The translations under genes were made by a program, and so were the position numbers. Under the pieces are notes generated by a model. The model was given only the letters and a program-made list of their open reading frames with translations, ran no database searches and had not been told where the DNA came from. Positions 58,109 through 64,000 of a DNA stretch of 64,000 nucleotides are shown here, piece after piece. This stretch comes from the human T2T-CHM13v2.0 reference genome, Homo sapiens: NCBI RefSeq assembly GCF_009914755.1, contig NC_060926.1; one strand, given 5' to 3'. Position 1 is the first letter of the stretch. The number at the start of each line of letters is the position of its first letter.

Positions 58109-58254
58109 TAATTTTGTATCAAGTGCCAAACCTTAAAAATAGAGAGATTTCAAGTGCTCTCTTTTTCTGGTTTCTCTTGAAAAAACTTGGGGGTGGGCAA
58201 TGGGGAGGGAAACATGGCAGGTGCTGTTAGCCCAAGAAAATCAGAAAAAGAAGT

Positions 58255-58555
58255 CATGGTGGCTCACATCTGTAATCCCAACACTTTGGGAGGCCAAGGT
58301 GGTAGGATCATTTGAGGCCAGGAGTTTGAGACTAGCCTGAGCAGCATAGGGAGACCCCATCTCTACAAAAACTTTCAAAAAATTAGCCAGGTGTGGTGGC
58401 CACATAGCTGCAGTCCTAGCTACTCAGGAGGATGAGGCAGGAGGATCGCTTGAGCCCAGGAGTTTGAAATTACAATGAGCTATGATGGCGCCACTACACT
58501 CCAGTCTGGACAACAGCAATACAGTATGACCCTGTCTCAAAAACAAACAAACAAA
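58255..58555 (+). mobile_element. AluJ element
   Basis: Sense Alu with (CAAA)n tail. Confidence 0.85.
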
Positions 58556-59370
58556 TGAAAAAGAGCCCCTCCGTCTATGCATATGCAATTCCATGCCATA
58601 GCTTGGTGAACAGAGAATGTGCTGGGCTTCAGCTCCCACGTGCCCTGTTGGCCATAGGTGTTTATGCCATACACAGCTCAAAGCCCCACTTGGCAACAAC
58701 TGGCTGGAGCCAGGTGCTTTCTAGCTACACATACCTGTGCGCACATGCACGCACACATACACATACACACTCTCTCACTGGGCCCCATAAGCCTTTGAGT
58801 TTGGCAGCAGGGGTGAGGAACCTGCAGCAGGAGCTCCCCTCAGCTCAGAGGTGGAGTCATGATTTTTCTCCCCTTGCGGCTGGCCAGTGTGCTAGCACCC
58901 AACCAAACACAACTGCAGCTTTGCCTCTCCTCTGCTTTCCTCTTTGCCTCTAAGAATGTAGAGCTCTGTGACCAGTTACCCACAGGCTTAAACTAGGTCC
59001 TCGAAGCTGGGGTGTAGAGCAAGAGGGAGTACACTCGGCTTCATTCTCTGGGACCCCTTCTTACAGGACCCCTTGCTAGCCAGGGAAATTGTCAAGGCAC
59101 TGACCTCCATGTCATCCACCACCTCTTCATCCTTGGAGAAGCAGTTCCTTCCAGGGCCTCTCAGAGCCAAGGGAGGCCTGGTTCACCTACCTTTCTGAGG
59201 ATCCCAGTATTTTAGAGAACAAACACCTTCCTAAACAAAGTGAAAGACATGTGACAATATATATTATATGTTTATATTAGCAAATTAATTGTTTTAACAT
59301 AAATTATAATGCAGTGTAAGTGTGCTATTCATAAAATAATTACAGGATTTAGAGAGGATTCTGATTCCTA

Positions 59371-59785
<415 letters not shown>

Positions 59786-61165
59786 TCAAAACCTCAAGCC
59801 GAGTTTCTGCTTCCTGCAGCTGCCCAGAGGGAAGGGGCTTCAAGGTGGGGAGACTCAGGGAGTGAGTCAGAAGCCTAAGCAGGCGTCGGGGACAACAGAG
59901 TGGAGGTTCAGCTGGGCAGGACCTCACTACATGAGGCCACATGGGTTTGGTCTTTCAAGTCTGGCAAATTCCACAGCTCAATGTTCTGGGATGAGAGGAG
60001 CAGTCTCAGAGTTCAGGTGCCATCTGATCCTGCATCCCTCTGGCAAATGAGTGCTGGCTCCTGGCTCTGGACTTTGAGGATTTGGAGGAGGAATTCAGGA
60101 AGTAGGCAAAGAGATATGGAAAAGGATACAATCCCATCTTTATACCCAAGTGTGGAGCTCTATTATAGTGTATTTCCCCCCTTCTCATGTCCTTTGGGCT
60201 TTAGTGATAAATGTAAAAGGTGCTGGGAGCAACAAAAAGCTTGGTGGCTCTGCTTTCCCCTTCTTCCCTCCAGAAATAGCCCCTGGCTCCCTTGTGTGGG
60301 AGGATTCTAATCACCGCAGCCCTCCCATGCATCCCCCCTTCTCCCACCCATCACAGTTGAATTGTAGTCCTGGGAAGCAAAGCTGAATTCTCCAGATTAA
60401 CTTGCCTTTTTGCACCTCTTGGGACTTTCTTCCAAGTCTGCCTTGTGACACGTGTGACTCCGCAAGTTTCTTGGTATTTACAGAAACAGCTTTGGGGTCA
60501 CCAAGAAGCTTAGAACCTTTTTCCTCTTTTCAGTGTGCTGCATTTTGGGCTAAGACTGAGGCTGAATTGAAGGAGGAGAAGCCAAAGGAAAGAGCAGACG
60601 TGCGGGCCAGGAGCCCCACAGGGGATGGTGGAGATGTGGAGGGAGTGTGCTCCACGCTGGCAGGTTCTCCTGCCCTTTTGGCTTAACCCTCTTTCCCCGT
60701 TTGCTGCCGGAGTTTGTCCTGCTCACCTTGGGCAGGAGAACTTTCCACTCACTCCGAGGGGCAGAGGTGAGGCACTGAGAATCCCGCCCTGGGCTCAGAT
60801 CCCTCCTGTCATCTCTGTGGAGTTCTTGGATGACTAGTTTTATTCCAGCATTTGTCACCATCTGCCAGGCTTGTAGGCTCCTGGAGGGCAGGGGATCTGT
60901 CCCACTAGCTTTATCAGTCCCCAATCCTAGATGCTTAGCAAAGTGTTTTTGTACAACAGGTGCTCAATAAGTACTTATAGAATTAAATGGCAACACAGAA
61001 GATTGAAGCTTTTTTTGGTCTCACAGTACCTTCATTCAAGGAGAGGGGGTGGTGCAAGAAAAGCTGCATTCAGGTTTGCATTCAGAAAAATACCACTTAC
61101 GTTCAACCCTGTGAGCATTACCTGGTGCTGGAGGAAAGTGTCTGCCCGAATCCTCTGTGTTGGAC

Positions 61166-62195
61166 CTCACTCCTTCTCCTTCTGCCATCCTCACCCCTCC
61201 TCCTTCTGCTGTCCTCCCTCTGCTGTCCTCACCCTCCTCCCTCTGCTGTCCTCACCCTCCTCCCTCTGCTGTCCTCGCCCTCCTCTCTCTGCTGTCCTCA
61301 CCTCTCCTCTCTCTGCTATCCTCACCCCTCCTCTTTCTGCTGTCCTCACCCCTCCTCTCTCTGCTGTCCTCACCCCTCCCCTTCCCTCTGCTGTCCTCAC
61401 CCTCCTCCCTCTGCTGTCCTCACCCTCTTCCCTCTGCTGTCATCTTCCTCCCTCTGCTGTCCTCATCCCCTTCCCTCTGCTGTCCTCACCCTCCTCCCTC
61501 TGCTGTCCCCACCCTCCTCCCTCTGCTGTCCTCACCCCTCCTCTTCCCTCCGCGGTCCTCGCTGTCCTCCCTCTGCTGTCCTTGATCTCCTCCCTCTGCT
61601 GTCCTTGATCTCCTCCCTCTGCTGTCCTTGCTCTCCTCCCTCTGCTGTCCTCACCCTCCTACCTCTGCTGTCCTCACCGTCCTCCTCTGCTGTCCTCACC
61701 CCTCCTCTTCCCTCTGTTGTCCTTGCCCTCCTCCCTCTGCTGTCCTCACCCTCCTCCCTCTGCTGTCCTCACCCTCCTCCCCTGTTGTCCTCACCCTCCT
61801 CCTCTGTTGTCCACACCCTTCTCCCTCTGCTGTCCTCACCCTCCTCCCTCTGCTGTCCTCGCCCTCCTACCTCTGCTGTCCTCACCCTCCTCCCTCTGCT
61901 GTCCTCACCCCTCCTCTTCCCTCTGCCGTCCTCACCTCTCCTCCCTCTGCTGTCCTCGCCTTCCTCCCTCTGCGGTCCTTGCTCTCCTCCCTCTGTGGTC
62001 CTCACTCTCCTTCCTCTGCTGTCCTCACCCCTCCTCATCTCTCTGCTGTCCTCACCTCTCCTCCCTCTGCTATCCTCATCTTCCTCCCTCAGCTGTCCTC
62101 ACCTCTCCTCCTCCCTCTGCTGTCCTCACCCTCCTCCCTCAGCTGTCCTCACCTCTCCTCCTACCTCTGCTGTTCTCTCCCCTCCTCCTTCTGCT
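61166..62195 (+). repeat. Minisatellite/VNTR, ~23-bp unit CTCTGCTGTCCTCACCCTCCTCC, roughly 40 variant copies
   Basis: Tandem units of about 20-27 bp with invariant-like core CTCTGCTGTCC; + strand is overwhelmingly C/T. Confidence 0.95.
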
Positions 62196-62580
62196 TATAC
62201 AGCCCATAAACAGTGCTGGCAGCATCTTCTCTGATTGTGTCTCCTCCTTTAAAGCCCTATCCTGGGGCTGGTCACTGGAGTGGAAGCTGTCCAACTTACT
62301 TAATTGTGAGTTCACTGTCACATTCAGAGAGGAGAACGGGCTTCACTTACTGTTTTTCTCTCTTGCATGACTGGGCCTCTGCCACTGATGACATTTGGCA
62401 CTGCCCCCCTCCCTGCCTGAAGGCGAGCAGTGCCAGAGCCACTGTATTTAAAACACAGACACTCACTTCTTTTCTCAGGAGAAACAAGAGCCCTGCTTGG
62501 AGAGTTGATTCACTCTGCAGCTGACCCTCAGGGGCTGGGCAGTTTGCAGCACTCTCTCTGACCAGCTTCTTGTGCCATAG

Positions 62581-62739
62581 GCTTCTTGCAAAGGACCAAC
62601 AGCCTGGAAGAGAAGAGTCGCCTTGTGAGTGCCTTCAAGGAGAGGCAATCCTCCAAGAACCTGCTTTCCTGTGAAAACAGCGACCGGGATGCCCGCTTCC
62701 GGCGCACAGAGACTGACTTCTCTAATCTGTTTGCTAGAG
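62581..62739 (+). CDS. GAD1: GAD1 exon 4: (G)[52 protein letters not shown]
   Basis: tgtgccatag| acceptor and G|gtagcc donor; 159 nt; peptide matches GAD67; gene continues beyond the window. Confidence 0.97.
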
Positions 62740-64000
62740 GTAGCCCCTGCCCCACTCCCGCCCCATGCTAGCCAGTAGATTTCTTATTTGAGTTTCTTGA
62801 CTTTTTCCTGCAATTTTACTTCTTTTATCAAGAAATGTCATTATTCTCTCTGAACCCACATGAAACTGCTTTTGTGACTTTGGGGGAATATAATTGACTC
62901 CCTCCCTCCCTGCTGGCCAGGTCTCCATCATTTTGGAAACTGGATGAAGGCAGTCAATAAAAGTCAACTCTAAAGACACTCGAGGGAACAAATATGGATT
63001 CATAGACTCTCAGAGTCAAAGGAACCTTGCATATAAGAAAATCTAATGATTTCCTTAATAACGTTTATCCTGGAAGATTGGCCACACACATACACACAAA
63101 ATCACACTATGGGAAGTTGCATGCTGAGCCTCATAACCAACGAGTGTCCTGGAATTTGTTTTCCTTTCAGAGATGTTTTACTAACCCCTGCTGCCCCACA
63201 ACACTCATCTCAGGAGGTGCTTTACCAGTCTCTCCCAAACAGCTCATAGGTAGATCCGCTTCCATCCCCTTCTGTGAACTTCCCACAGGGCCACAGAAGG
63301 CAGACCAGAGTATTAAACAATATGTCACTAAAACCCTGGAGCTAACCCAGGAAGTCACAGAGAGTATCGTGCACAACTGCACAGCCTGCCTGTGAGCTAC
63401 AGAATTGGGCCCCTACAGCTTTTTTCCCTGCCTAACCTCTAGCCTGACTACTGCAGAGCCTGTCACCCAAAGTCACCTCTGGATATCTCAAAGTCCAGGC
63501 CCAAAAGGGTGGGGTCAAGAAAGAGGCAGGGGTTCCCTGTCCCACCTTCTTGAGCCCCATCTTCCAGCTCCAGTTTCCTGTCGAAGGACACCGCCAAGGA
63601 CCACCCTCCTCAGGGGGAACCCCAGCCTCTACCCACAGAGGCCTTACCCTCTGATGCCAACAGACCAAGCACATCACAACACCAAACCAGATAGACAGGG
63701 ACACACCTGGTCCCAGGGGAGCACGACAGATGCCCCCTCCATCACACTCCTCACAGGTGCCCATTCAACCTGCAGATGACAACCGCAGTCGCAGGTTGTT
63801 CACGGCGTCTCAGAGCACTTCATTCCATGTCTGAGCAGCCTGTCAGAAAGGCTGTGAACCCCCAGGAAGCATGTGCAAAACTTCTGTGTATGTGCATTTT
63901 TCTGGAGATGTGGTATATCCGATTCTCAGTGCACATACATATCCCAGAATGAAATCAGGCCTATACAGATAGCATGGTTAATATTAGGGGTCTCTGGGCT

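Noticed and set aside
61166-62195. Possible CRISPR-like repeat array
   Set aside because: Units are contiguous with no unique spacers, no cas genes are present, and the context is eukaryotic.
60931-62370. Long ORFs of 415, 225, 217 and 193 aa (Pro/Ser/Leu/Cys-rich)
   Set aside because: They are translations of the C/T-rich minisatellite, which has few stops; several frames are open at once and the region is intronic.

Overview
Primate, most likely human, genomic DNA (AluY/AluS/AluJ-rich, with CpG islands). It corresponds to the ERICH2-GAD1 locus (human 2q31.1), recognised from the exon-encoded peptides. On the + strand I can build by hand the complete 5-exon, 156-aa ERICH2 CDS (17006-32050). 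Six further upstream exons (3845-15556) splice in frame into it, giving a predicted 436-aa long isoform. GAD1 (GAD67) follows: promoter and CpG islands, non-coding exon 1 and coding exons 2-4; the gene continues past the window end. The rest is Alu, L1, L2, MIR and LTR repeats, U2 and Y1 small-RNA retrocopies, and a ~1 kb pyrimidine-strand minisatellite. I see no evidence of a wholly new biological system. The most notable observations are the long ERICH2 isoform, a near-consensus REST/RE1 site, the intron-3 minisatellite (an AG-free array of branch-point-like and RE1 half-site motifs), several non-transposon inverted and direct duplications, and CTCF sites. Most ORFs in the supplied track are Alu, CpG-island or VNTR artefacts. 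Repeat boundaries and subfamily names are approximate by-eye calls.
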